Assembly (NCBI GenBank): GCA_050084985.1
Contig: JBITNC010000001.1
Location: forward strand, 154,814,001 to 154,878,000
DNA: 64,000 nucleotides
Origin: Nageia nagi
Lineage: Eukaryota; Plantae; Pinophyta
Reading direction: 5' to 3'
Part shown: piece by piece, positions 38,987-52,558 of the stretch
How the letters are laid out: each line of letters opens with the position of its first letter
Position numbering within the stretch: position 1 is the stretch's first letter
The notes under the pieces: model-generated
Told to the model about the DNA's origin: nothing
What the model saw: the letters and a program-made list of their open reading frames with translations, nothing else
Databases searched by the model: none
Program-made: the position numbers and the translations under genes

Positions 38987-40189
38987 TTATACCCAACTTA
39001 AAATATTGCTACTCCTAAAGTAATCAAAAATCCATTTGTTCTTGAACTATCTATTCACCTTCCTTATTATTCTCACTATACTATATTGCATTATTTGAAT
39101 CATTGGAGAACTTGATCAATTGATTTAGGTCATAAGATTGTATTATTTCATATATGTGTTATCTTGTACCTGCATGAAACTTTATATTATTAGTAAACCA
39201 ATTAGGTTTATCCTATGGATACCATAGTCCTCTAGTAGTTTTGATGTTCAACATCCATGTTTTGAAGCCTAAATCATCTTAAGTCTGAAAATATCCCAAT
39301 GTTGGTGCTAGATGCAAAATTATAGGAGGTGTATAATGTTGGCCATACCAATTTAGAAGATTATCCCTAATGTACCTAATCAATGCTTCAAATCTCTTTT
39401 TGTTATAGTTAAGATTCCTCAAATTGATTATCTCCATCTTCTTATGCTCTTGTGTCCATATATTCCATCTCATTATACATGCTTGTAAGGCCCTTTCAAA
39501 ATTTCTATCAATACCACTCTAATAGCATTATAAACAAATCTTAAACATAGCTTTATACCTATCTATATTATTCTCTTTGGTAAGGACTATTTTAAAACTA
39601 GATTTTTTTTATTGCTAAATACATAGGTTGCTATCGAATGAAGAAAGTGTCTTGATATGTTCTTTTTTTCTATATTCTTTTGTTTCATTGCCCCACTTGA
39701 TATGATTTAGGAAGACTGATACAAAATCCTATAACTAAATGTCCCTAATATAAAAGCAATGGAAAAACCTTGTATTTCCATTTAAAATGAAATTATGCAT
39801 GTAAAATTTACACATCAAAAACTTTTCTTCTCCCTTGCTTAAAAATAAATAAAAAGAAACAAATTAGCATCATCAACATTGTATGAAAGACTCTACTTAA
39901 TTCATCTAACTTGCCATCTGAGAAACTATTATTTTAAGTACATGTTGTACAACATTGAAGATTGTTTCAATTGTACAACTTCTTTAAATATGTAACAAAG
40001 ATCTATTATAGCTTTTCTTGATTAAATGCACAAGATTAACCTCTTATTTAAGTATTTTAAATGCTTTAGAATGTTCCTCATGTTTGTTTGTTAGTTGTAT
40101 CATAAGATCTATATTTTGAAGATTTATATTTTTAATTTATTTATGTTATTATTCAAGTGATTTTGACACTTGTTGAATAATAGTATCCT

Positions 40190-41713
40190 CCCCTTCTACA
40201 ACTAGATGAGCTAGCTTCACATTCTGAAGTTGAACTTTTAATTCTTTAGTTGTTCTATATTTATCCTCAAGTTCTAAATTTCTCAAGGTTAATTATGTGC
40301 ATTATCTTACTAACTTATCATTTTCAATCTTCAATTTACTTTTCATAGCATTTATTTTTGCATTTTCCTCTTCCAAAAGATGAAGTTTGGATATGAGTTC
40401 ATGAATTGATATTTTAGGTTCTTTTGACATTTGTCCAGGTCCATCTATAATCATTTGGATAAAGTCTAATTCTATTTTATTCTATGGCTTTTGGATACTA
40501 ATTTCTTCTTCTTATACATAAAATTTTTCCATCTCTCCATTCTTTTTGTTAGGTTCATATTTCTTTTCTTTTGAGATTACCAATTGTTTAGGGGTTTCAA
40601 AGGCTATAAAATTACTAGAATCCTTTTGTTTTGGATTTTCCTTTCTACATTATTTTTAATTGTAGGAGTTAATGTTTGGACCACTTCTCTCTCCCTTAAC
40701 TGTATAGATATCCTCTTAAATAGAATGAAAATTTTGGCTTATCCTCATAACTCAAATTTATCACCTTTTCAACCTCTAGCTCCTTTCCTTTTGTAGACTT
40801 TCTCTACTCACTTTTGTGAATAGGGGTTGAATGGGATGTTGAAGGATCTTCAAGAATAATGAATTTATGTTGTGATTGTTCTTAATATTCATGTGACTCT
40901 CTATTTTCTTCTTTAGTATCATCCCATTTGGTACTAGTTGACCCTACTAATGATTTGAGTATGTACATACATATGGGATGAACCTCTATATTTATTCCAA
41001 ATTTAATTTCACTAGAGTTTTCTAAAGGTTCCTCCTACATGGTTGAGGTTCCTGATGCAAAGGATAGATCATACACTAAAAACTTATCCATAAATCTTGA
41101 CAATTAGTTTGGGTTAAGGAGTAGTCTTTACACAATAGAGTAATTAAACTATGGTGCTCTAGGGCTATGAGTTTATTTCTTGTATTAGCCCTAACCTTCC
41201 TAGACATATTCTATAGACTTTGATATAAAAACATTAGAATATTATAGTTTAGTTTTTACCTATACCTTAAATTAGTTACAACTTTAGGTGATGGCCCATT
41301 ATTGTTACATGTTTTACTTCATAAGTGAGTAATTTAACAATCCTCAATGTCAACTTTTGGCCATTGATATGGAAGAGTCTTTCTCTTTATCCCTTGTACA
41401 TGCATGGTTGTGATACATTTTTAGCCTTTTTTTCTCCTCTTTTATGGAATCTATCAAGCAAAACATAATACTACTCTCTTGTAATTAAATCTTCGCCAAC
41501 TGCAAAGAGTCCAAACATTGTAGCAATAGTTTGAATAGTAATAGGTATTGTTTAACCCTACAACTCTACAAAAGTTTCTTCAAATTTCTTGCAAAATCTA
41601 GAACTAGATGTTCATCAAATCCTTGGAACTTTTCAAATAATTTCAAAAGATGAAATTTCTAAAAAACTTGAACTCATTGTACTCTTTGGTTCTTTTTTCT
41701 TCTTTACCCCCAT
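40190..41713 (-). pseudogene. 3' extra ORF of G (putative plant transposon protein-like domain plus coiled coil)
   Basis: MGVKRKKEP...FEKFQGFDEHLVLDFARNL...ITIQTIATMFGL.AVGE...GIKRKTLPYQWPKV...LLTYEVKH..IMGHHLKL...QSL*NMSRKV...HHSLITLL. Confidence 0.65.
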
Positions 41714-42689
41714 GTTTTTTCTTAAAAATTAGAGATCCTATCCTAAATTCCTTTTAAGGTTTTTTTTAATGCAAGTTGATAAATTTTTCTAATAGGTATA
41801 AATCATTATGTTCATTAATAACACACTATTATCATCCTTTCACCAACATGCATGATCCAATATCAAATTGGGTACTCACATATGATTTATTTATTCATTG
41901 TTAAGATTTTGATATCTATCATTTCCATGTGATGCACCTTAATTTATAATTGAATGATTTTGACTTGGATCATATGTAGACTGCTAAAATCATATTTAAA
42001 CTTAAATTAATTATTAAATCAAAAATAAATACCTCCATCATTAAATACACATCTTACAAGTGCTAGTTAACTAGATTTGACATGATTTATTGTTGACATG
42101 ACACATGATCAGTATTTATTCCTAATGCACTTGTTTCTTTGCCTAGGACAAATGACATGTCCTTGGTTGACATTTTGGATAGGTTCCTCTAAAGTGTTGA
42201 TTATTTTGAATCTTTATTTCTAAAGCTAGTTTTAGCCTTTAATGACTCTATAGTTACAATTTTGAAGCTATAACTAAAGATTATTTTCCTTTAGAATAAT
42301 CATTCCAAAAAGGACACATTTATTCTAAAGTAATGGTAAAACATCAAAACCAATGATATATACTTGAAATTTATCAGAATATTCAACTAATCTTTAGAAT
42401 ATGAAAGAATTATTTTTTTCTTTTCTTTTTTTTTATTTATTTTTTAGAAAGATACAATGAATGTTAGAAATAAAGGTTTTCACCTAGATAAATACCAATT
42501 TCTTGGTTTTCATTTATTTGACTACCTTTATGAGTAGTTCATTCAAAATATGTATTGATTCTAATTCTAAAATTAGCTTTATTATTCTACACTTTTGTAG
42601 ATCAAGGATGTTTGGTTGAGGAAGATAAATCTTTCTCAATCAAATATATTTCTTTTTCTAACTATTGGTGAATTCTTCTTTATTTATGG

Positions 42690-45600
42690 GCAGGGTGTAA
42701 GGTCATAGTCGATGCCCATTTTCTAATATGACTATGTTAGAGTTGTCAATTGGATGGAGTTAAAATGTACCATTATCAAAGATTCGTAGAATTTGATATG
42801 GTCCCAGCCATCTAGTTTGCAGTTTCCCTTAGAAAGTTTGATACTTAGAATCAAACAATAAGGCACACTTTCTTATAGTGAATTCCACATATTTTAATTA
42901 TTTATCATGCCATATTTTTCTTTACTATTGAAAAATCTATGTATTATGTATATTTTAGCTCTATGATCATTTAGCTATAACAACTTGTTTTGTTGGGTTT
43001 TAGTTAGATCTAACCCAATTTTTATAGTTATTCTAAGAGTTTGAATATCAAATTATATTGTTAAAAAGGGCTTCTTTCCATACACTAGCTCATAATATGT
43101 AAACTCTATAGTTGATTTGCATATGACATCATACACCCAAACTACTTCAGAAAGTCTAGTTACCCAATCTTTCTTGTGATATGCTACTATTTTTGTAAGA
43201 ATATTTTCTACTTTTCTATTAGTCACCTCAACTAACCACTTGTTTAAGGATGATATGGTGAAGCTTTATTATGTTTAATCTGATAATGATTGATAAAATT
43301 CCTAATCATATTAGATATAAATTATGGTCCTTTATCTAATACTAAGAATTTGGGAGCTCCAAACTTCATCATAATACTTTTGTACAAAAAATTAGCTACT
43401 TTTTCTTTTTTAACTTGTGTAAAATCACATAGCTCTACCCATTTTGAGGTATAATTTGTCTAAATAAGAATATGCTTTATACCTCAATATGCTGGGTTGA
43501 TATGTCTAATGAATTCAATTCCCCATTGTTCAAAAGGTTCTAGAACAACTTGTGGATGTAATACCATTTGTGTAGTGACGTGGGTTATCATATTCTTTGA
43601 AATTGATCACATTGGTGTACATATTTATTTATATCTTTATGTAGTGAAGGCCAATAATATCCCACTCCCATAACTTTATGGATTGTTCTTTTTTTTTTAA
43701 TAATGACCTCCTAATGGTTCATCATGATAAGCTTTTAAAACATCAAAAAATTCATCTTTTCTAATGCATATACTAAGAACATAGTTAGGTCCATATTTAA
43801 AGAGCATTCCATCTATCTATTTAAATGTTGAGGTTTCTCTGATCAAAATTTTCTTTTATTTTAAAGTGAAATGAACTAGAATTTTTCTTATTTCCAAGAA
43901 ATTAGCTATATCTACAAACCATGGTGTGTGTATAGAGATTACAAATAACCTTTCATAAGGAAATGATTCTTGTGCATGTTCATCATGTCTATTTCTATTT
44001 AGTCTAGACAAGAAGTTAGCTACAATATTAGCTTTTCTTGGTTTATCAATAATAGTGACATTGAATTCTTGTAATAAAAGTAACCACCTTATAATTATGT
44101 CATTTACCACCTATTTGTTCCTTATATATCTAATAGTAGCATGGTTTGTATGAATAAAAACTTGGTAACCAGTAATATAATATATGAATTTGTTGATGGC
44201 ATGTATTACTACCCAAAATTCTTTTTTTGAGTGGTGTAATTCCTTTCACCTCCCACTAAATTATTACTGATAAAATAGGTGGCATAATGTGTTTTATTCT
44301 AATCATTTTAGCCTAGTACTACTCAAATAGCATAATTTTATGCATTAGTATGAATGTGGAAAGGTAGCTTCTAATTCAGACCTCTCAACATAGGGGTAGA
44401 CATGAGTTTCTCTTTAATTACATGAAATACTTTTTCATAATTTATTTTCCATTAAAATTCATTATCTTTATGGAGTAATGATAATAATGGAGTTACAATC
44501 TTGCTAAAATTTGAAATGCATCTCTTACAATAGCAAGCATGTCCAAGAAAAATCCTAAAATCAATCTAATTTTTGGGAGATGGTAATTATTTGATAATCT
44601 CAACCTTATTTGGATCCACTTTTATTTCTTCAACAAATAGTGGTGTCCAAAAATAATCCCTTATTGCATGAGCATGAATTATTTTTCATAACTTATTGAT
44701 AGATTGTATGTTTGACACCTTGCTAACACTTTTTCTAGATTATGTAATGCTTCTTCAAAGATATCACCATGTATAGTGAAATCATCTGTGTACACTTCTA
44801 AAAAATCATTAGTTAGATTAGAAAAAATGGCTAATATATCTCTTTGAAAATTTGCAAGATCATCACATAATCCAAATGGCAAAACTTGATAAGCAAAAGT
44901 TCTAGAAGCACAAGTAAATGTAGTCTTCTCTTGGTCTTTTTTCATAATTTGAATTTGATTATAACCATTGAAACCATCAAGAAATAAGAAATATTTCTTA
45001 CCTACAAGATTATCTAATATTTGATCAATGAATGGAAAAGGAAAATGATCCCTATAAGTAGCCTTAATCAAACATCTGTAATCCACACATATTCTCCATT
45101 TTCCATTTTTCTTAGAAACAAATACCAAAGGTGAAACCCAACTACTATCTAAGATAGGATATATGAATCCTAATTTTAATAATTTTTTAATTTGTGTTGT
45201 ACAATATCTCTTAGAGATGGATTTATCCATGTAGTTGGCTATCTAATAGGCCTGGTATCATTAGTATATATATATAATGGGTACAAATATCTAGATGAAT
45301 TCCATTAATGTTAGAATAAGCCCATGCAAATGCTAAAGTATGAAATTTCAAAATATTAAAATCTTATTCTTATTCTTTGAATGTAAACCAACTATTATTG
45401 TTCAAAGTCTTTTCTAGGAGTACTTCAATTCTTTTCACTCATAAGTGACATAACTTGCTTGGGTTTGGAGATTGCATCAAAGAATTAAGAGAATAAGGAT
45501 GAAGAAATACAGAATTAAATACCTTTTCTCTTTATATAAATGCCTATCCTCTTCAAATTATATCTATAAGAGGAAATTTAAATAAAGATAAGAATTTTGG

Positions 45601-46764
45601 TTATTCTTGCTATGGTATATTGAAGATTTCATCCTAAATATTTGATCCTAATGACTCACCAACTTTTGTGATCATTTTTAAAGTTGTATTTTGTTCAAAC
45701 AATTTAGGTATTTCTTCCAACACTTTTACATGTTCTATAATAGTAATTGAAGAGAGTACTGCAAGACTTCATGGTTCATTAAACTTTAGTTCATCAATCC
45801 ATAACTAACCTTGATATTCAAATGTAGTTTAGATAGGATGGTATAAAGAAAGTGTTATGTAATTATGTCCATCTAAAATGGTCATATCTCCTAATCTAAA
45901 ATTGATAAAATAAGTTGTTGTAGCTAACAATGATCTCCCTAAGCTTATTGGATTACCACAATGAGCATTTATTTTTAAGACTAAAACATTTGTAGAATAA
46001 TTCCATAAATCCATTGTGAATTGTACATCTTTGATGATGCCCTTAGGTTTAGCTATTGACTAATCTATCATTTGTAAGATAGTTGTAGTTTTATCTATAT
46101 CACATAATTTGAATTTATTGGCTATATGTGTTATTATAACATTTATGGCTACCCCTAAGTCATTTAAAACATTTTGTATCTTAGTGAATCCAACAAAAAC
46201 TATAATTACTGAACTTCCTATATCACCATACTTAGGCTTAATTAGTTTTCCTAAAAGTAGGTTTGCTAATTTTCCATCTACCTAAATAGTTTTGGGATAT
46301 ACCTTTTTTCTCCTTTCTCATTTTCTGATACAGAGTTCTTTAACTATCTTATTTCATTAAAGAACTTCCTTGATTTTTTGTAATATTGGGACTAAGATAT
46401 TCAACCTTCTTAATTCATTAAGCAAATGTAATTCTTCATTTTAAAATTTTTCTTGTAGCCTCTCTAGATATGGAGGTTCCTAAGTTTGTTTTTCTACTTA
46501 ATTATCTTCATTTTTTTTACCATTCTCTTCCTTATTTTGATGATTAACTGGTAATGAATCTTGATAATCATCATTAGGAATTTCAACAATGATAGGTAGA
46601 GCTGGTTCTTTTGATTTCTTACTAGGACTTAACTAAATGTCATGGAATTCAATAGCATTAATTAATATTACATCTTATTGACCCACTTGATAGAAAAGTG
46701 TAGCATTTTGCATATTATTATTTGGATTATGGACTAGTTGAGTAGGAAGAGCTAGTTATCTATG
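42690..46764 (-). pseudogene. pol: pol of G (gag end, protease, RT, RNase H, integrase)
   Basis: RT KLLKLGFIYPILDSSWVSP...WRICVDYR...FLDGFNGYNQI...LPFGL...YTDDF; RWLLLLQEF; PWFVDIANFL; integrase PFEQWGIEF and RWLGPYQI. Confidence 0.92.
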
Positions 46765-47429
46765 TCTAGACCCAAAATAATGTAATTAATTATTAATGGG
46801 GATTAATTAATGCATTATTGGTCTAATTTATTTTTATTGACATATATTTGGAATATAAAAATAATGATTAAAAGTGGCATACATGTTCATTTTATCCCAA
46901 TCACATATTCAATTAATTAATGACATCATACATCAAGAACAAACATGCATTCATATGTTAGCACATTGCTAGTGGCCTAAATGAGGCATGTTGCTAATAG
47001 CATGGAATAAGAAAAATTACAATTGCAATAAGAAATGTAAAGACACTTGAACAAATGAGTAATCATATAACAAATATATAATAGTGATAAGAAATGATGT
47101 TCGCTTGTTACAGATATGATATTCATAAGGGTGTCCCTTAGGTCCTACTCTTCATTCTCTCTTTGTCTATCTTTGGTCTTGTCATGGCTTTTGTAATATT
47201 ATGTAGCCTTGATAATGATCTTCTATCTAATTTTAAATGATATAATTTTCTCTCTCTTTTGGTTTCCCTTGATGTCTTTATATAGCAACACTTCTATTAC
47301 AAGATTTCACCTCTAGGTCATGATATAGTAGTCATTTTCATGAATTACATAGCTCTTTTTACATAATACATTATTAAGGTTCTAAAATTAATTATTTAAT
47401 AAATAATAATTCATTTTTATGCATCTAAA
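46765..47429 (-). repeat. 3' LTR of H
   Basis: Aligns with 51895-52558. Confidence 0.88.
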
Positions 47430-48006
47430 TTATTGATCCTATTTGGATGTGTGATTGAAGCAATGAAATTACATGTCCAAAGAAGAAGTGTAGAAATGTT
47501 TTTGAGAACTTTGAACTCTTTGCTGCATTACCCTTTGTTGTTGATGATGATGATGAGGGTCCCTTGCTTCCCCCTTTTGACTTGGATTCCCTAGGAAGGG
47601 TCCTTAAATGGTGCAAATAAGGTAAAATTTGTTGAGGATTCTCTCTCTAGGATTGATGCTTTTAGATGATGAAAATGATTTTGATGATGTAGCTAGATGG
47701 TTCCATATCTAATTTTAGAGATGGTAGATGTGATTTTTCCCCTTGTACTATTTCAACCATGAATGTGTTCATTACATCATGTTTTATACTTGGGAACCAT
47801 TCACACTTACATCCATGCTTTGAAATAGAGAGGATTCCCTTTGATTGAGATGAAATGATGATGAAATGCATGTCACTAGCAATGTAGGGAATAGTGTACA
47901 TGTTGTTGATGGCATGGGTTTTTCTATATTTTCTTATAATATTTGGGATGTACATACCTACAATGAAGTGTTTTTCATAAAAATTGGGTGGATGCATATT
48001 AAGTTA

Positions 48007-48532
48007 CATTTTCCATTGATGATGAATCAATGTTAGCAATCTACTTACGATTGCATTATTGGTTTATCTTTTAAGTGAGTGAACTCTCACTAGCTATATT
48101 GATGGCCATCGATGATCATACATTTTATGTCTATGATCTAAAGATATTATAATTTGGATTTGTTCAAATAAAAATCCATTTGGATACATATCAATTTGCA
48201 TTATCTATTGGATATGAGCCAATATCAACATCTTGCTCATGATTGCATCATTGATTTACTTTTAAGTGAGTGAACTCTCACTAGCCATATCGTTGGCCAT
48301 TATTGATCATACATTTTATGTATATGATCCAAATATATTATGCTTTGGATTGGTTTAAATAAAAAATTATGTGGATACATAGCAAGTTGCATTGTCCATT
48401 GAAGATGATCCAATGTCAACATATTACTCATAGCTGCATCGCTAGTTTACTTTTAAGTGAGTGAAGTCTCACTAGCCATGTTGTTGGTCATCAATGGTCA
48501 TACATTTTATATATATGACCTGAAGACATTAT
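48007..48532. repeat. ~191-bp tandem repeat (about 2.8 copies) in H
   Basis: ttttaagtgagtgaa(c/g)tctcactagc recurs at about 48069, 48260 and 48451. Confidence 0.85.
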
Positions 48533-50022
48533 GTTATGTGGTAAGGATAAAATAAATATACTATTGACATGGTTTTTGAATGAACAACACTATGATGCCC
48601 TACAATGAATTTAATATTTTCTCATGGAGGACTATGGTTATGAAAAATGATTGTTAGTTTTTCAAGGAACTATGTTTCAAATCCATAATTCATATGATCA
48701 TAAATAAATCATAGAATGAAATTCATGAGAATATACCTAATTTTCAACCATTTATTGGTCTTGGAACTTAACATGCACAAACTTTTAAATAAGATCCACA
48801 TCATTAACAATGTGAAATATGCCAAATTTGTTGATCATATCATCAACAATAGTGATCATTACCCTAAAAATATATCATTTCCATAAAGAGATTATAAAAT
48901 AACATAAAAATATAATGAAATATTGGCATGCCCCAATTTGAGATATTTGTAGCAATTTTAGGCCATTGGTAGCATAGAATTGCCCATTTTGTGTATAAGA
49001 TTTTTGACAGTCAATATCAATCATATTTTTGTATCATTTGAATGTCTTGCAATGGTAGGATGATACTGAGAATTTGTTGTAACAATGTTTGGAACATGTT
49101 CAAGATAGCAACATTTGTGAACATTTGAAATCCATCATTCTAGTGCACATGATATTCATATAATAATGGCATAAAATCATGAGATAAACATAAGGTAAGA
49201 AATTATCTAAAAGTGTGGCCAATTTATCTTTTTTCATGCTGCTAGTGGCATCTAAAGGATGAATGAACATCCAAATAAAATGGCAACCTCAATTGACAAT
49301 GAGACATGATTTTTGCCTATAGTTGCACTCATTAACAAGCATGATTTTCAAAGATAAAATTTGATGTACCATAGCAATAAGGTAAAATATTCATAACATA
49401 ATTACATGTCATACAATGGTATTCAAGTATCATTTATCATTACAAAAATTTACTAATAAGTGGAATTGAAGAAATGCATTTTGAGTTTCACCTGATTTCT
49501 CCAATTTGAAGTCGCTAACAGCGTAGATTTAATACAAATATTATTTAAAAATGTAAATGTTATATTTTCAACCCAAGATGAGTAGTAGGCATTTGAATTA
49601 ATTCTATGTGTTATTTTGAGTCATTTTCCCTTAATTTTATGTATTTCTCATGAAAATGGACATCATTGGTGGTGTGAAAATCGCTATTTTATGTGTCCAA
49701 AAAGAGACGTTAGGCACTTAAAATATTTTCAAGCATTTTGGGCATACAAAATAATGATTTCATGCATCTTAGGAAAAAAAAGAGTGATTCCCTATATTTT
49801 TTAGTCAAAATTGAACCTATATAAATAAATTTGAAAAAAAAAAGTCATTTTAACTTTGTCACCTTCTTGATTCAGTGCTCTAGTTTTCTAGCCTCCCTAT
49901 GTGATGAAGTGTTGCTAGATTATCATTTTCTTGCCAATTTCTTTTATGGGTTGGATTACTAGCTATCATTTGATCTTATGGACCTTATTTATTTATATTT
50001 TGACTCAATCTATCTATAGAAT

Positions 50023-51899
50023 ATGGCAATTGGAGGATAATTGACCACCTAATTACTAGCAAATGTGGTCACACTACTGAGTTACTGCAATATCTCCCAT
50101 ATGACCACACGATGAGCTTTTGTTTTTATTTTTGATTATGTGATTTTATTTTTATTTATTATTTTCAATTATCAATATTTATTTTACTACCTAGGCTTAT
50201 CTTTTTTGCTTTTTTTCCTTGCAAGAGTGCAAGGTCCTTATGAGAGAAGGCCATATGACTTCTACTATGCTTGGGAAAGTGCAGATGTGGTTAAGGACTA
50301 CACACATTGATGACATATTATATATATAAGACCTTATATATTTAACAATTGCTATACATATCTAGCAAGATTTACCTTTTTTGATAACATTGGAAGAGCA
50401 CTAAGATCCTAATTGCTACACATTTCACCTACCCCCAAGTGAAATGTCAGTCACTTTACTTGATGTGTACTGTATCTAGGGTGTCACCATCATAGGTAAT
50501 TTGGTTCAATAGTGGGAGCTTATATAAAATAATATATATGAGCAAGAGGCTATATGGCTCACTAATGAGGCAAACCATGACTGGGAGCACCAGGCTTGCC
50601 ATCTTGTAGAGATGTGTCAATTTGTACTAATGAGGTGTCATATTTGGTTTTATATTGTAGCTATTATAGCTACATACCTATGTCTAGATAAGAGTAGTTA
50701 AAATTTCCCTCTTATCTTGGTATGATTCATTAAATAAATATGTGATCTAGGGACCCAATTTGCTTGGGTTCTAATAGTTCTAGCTTAATTATACAAAGAT
50801 TTGTACAACTTCATAAGTGTTGATAAATTCAACATCATGATTATGCATCTAGGGCTACTATTGATTTGGGCCTATAAGCACATAGTTGTTGTGTTACCTT
50901 TGGATTTACAAAGAGCTCAAGAGGACACAAACAACATATCTCTTGTATGTTGGACTTTACACACCAATGGATATATATATATCCACACTCCTAGAGGCCC
51001 AAAGGAGGGATCTTGATAGGTTGTAGACTCAAGATCTTTTTTGTGTTTGCTTTTAAGACTTTGTTTGGCATTCAAATACACATCATGTTGCATGGGTTTG
51101 CTAGCATTGCTTTCTCTAGATAGAGAAAGATTGTTGAGCCTTATTATCTTGGTCATATTTTGTGATAGTTTGGGATATAGTAGGGTATCCCACCTGTGTT
51201 CACAATGTACATGTGGTATCTAGTAGAGAGAGATTTGCCTATAGGATCATATATGACACCCACATGGAGGGCTTCTTTGGAGGAGCCATGGGTTATGGAT
51301 GTAGTTGCACATCTATGGTTCTTACGGTTACCCTTGGTTATTTTGCATGGTTGATATGGGTGCATCCAAGCAATATAGGCATGGGTGAGGATGATAATAA
51401 TCATGAGATGGCTACCAATGAGGGATCCAAGGAGGATGACCCTTATCAAATCAATAATTTGATCCATGATGTACTTATTTAGGAGGGCAAGGGAGTAGGT
51501 GATTTGACTATTCTTACTATAGCTACCCCAGTTGTAGCACCAAGTAAAATGCTAACTTAGCTTTGTAATTTTATTAATTTTCATATTTTGTTTATAACTA
51601 CAAAGTGAATAATCTTATTTTATTTATGCAACAAGAGTTATAAATTCAATTATTGCCTCTTTGGAGGAAGATGTTGCTATATTGAGGCCCAACTTACCAT
51701 GCTACAGGCTACCCTATTAGCAAAGGATGACCAAATAGCAACATTAGAGAAATTCATGAAGAGGTTGCATGAGCATTTGAGGAAACCCACTCTTGACTAG
51801 CCATGGGCCTTCATTCAAGACCATATTGACAAGATTGAGGCCAAGGAGAGGGAGATCATGGCCTTAAAGATCAAAAACATCAAGTTCACCAAAATGTAG
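50023..51899 (+). pseudogene. Plant Mobile Domain (aminotransferase-like, MAIN/MAIL-related) gene, antisense to H, probably with two introns
   Basis: LEEH*DPNCYTFHLPPSEMSVTLLDVYCI*GVTIIG (50390-50500) and FAWVLIVLA*LYKDL...GLLLIWAYKHI..LP (50759-50900) match PMD motifs (ERW..ETHTFHLP.GEMTVTL.DV; YAWG.AVLA.LY; LLQ.W..EH). AT-rich intron-like segments lie at about 50112-50224 and 51545-51631. Confidence 0.8.
51877..51891 (-). promoter_or_regulatory. Decayed tRNA-Trp PBS of H
   Basis: Minus strand reads tggtgaacttgatgt vs tggtgaacccgacgt (12/15; all mismatches C>T), 3 nt from the LTR. Confidence 0.72.
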
Positions 51900-52558
51900 A
51901 CCTAAAATAATGTAATTAATTGTTAATAGGGGTTAATTAATGCACTATTCATCTACTTTATTTTTATTGCCATATATTTGGAATATGATAATAATGATTA
52001 AAAGGGGCATACATGTTTTTTTATCCCAATTTCACATTCAATTAATTAATGATATCATACATCAAGAATAAACATACATTCATATGTTAGCACTTTGCTA
52101 ATGGCCTGAATGAGGCACATCATTGACAACATGGAATAAGCATAATTGTAAGTGTAATAAGAAATGTAAAGATGCTTTAATGAATGAGTAATCATGTAAC
52201 AGATATACAATAATGATAAGAAATGATATTTCCTTATTATAAATATGATATGGGCAAGGGTATCTCTTAGGTCCTACTTTTCATTCTCTCTTCATTTATG
52301 TTTATTCTTATCATGGTTTTCATAATATCTTATAGCCTTGATAATGATCTTCTATCTGATTTTCAATGATAGAATCTGCTCTCTCTTTTGGTTGCCCTTA
52401 ATGTCTTTATATAGCAACACTTCTATTACAAGATTTGATCCCTAGGTCATGATATAGTGGTCTTTTTCATTAATGAAATAGCACTTTTTACATAATACAT
52501 CATTGAAGCTCTAAAATGAATTATTTAATAAATAATAATATATTTTTAGGTTTCTACT
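51895..52558 (-). repeat. 5' LTR of H
   Basis: tgtagacctaaaa...gtttctact; aligns with 46765-47429. Confidence 0.88.

Larger units (their letters stand above)
46765..52558 (-). mobile_element. Element H: non-autonomous Tat/Ogre-type LTR element, Trp-primed, lacking gag-pol, carrying an antisense PMD gene
   Basis: ~665-bp LTRs (46765-47429, 51895-52558), TSD ctatg/ctagg, TATA on the minus strand, decayed Trp PBS, and no gag/pol motif found in the 4.5-kb interior. Confidence 0.82.
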
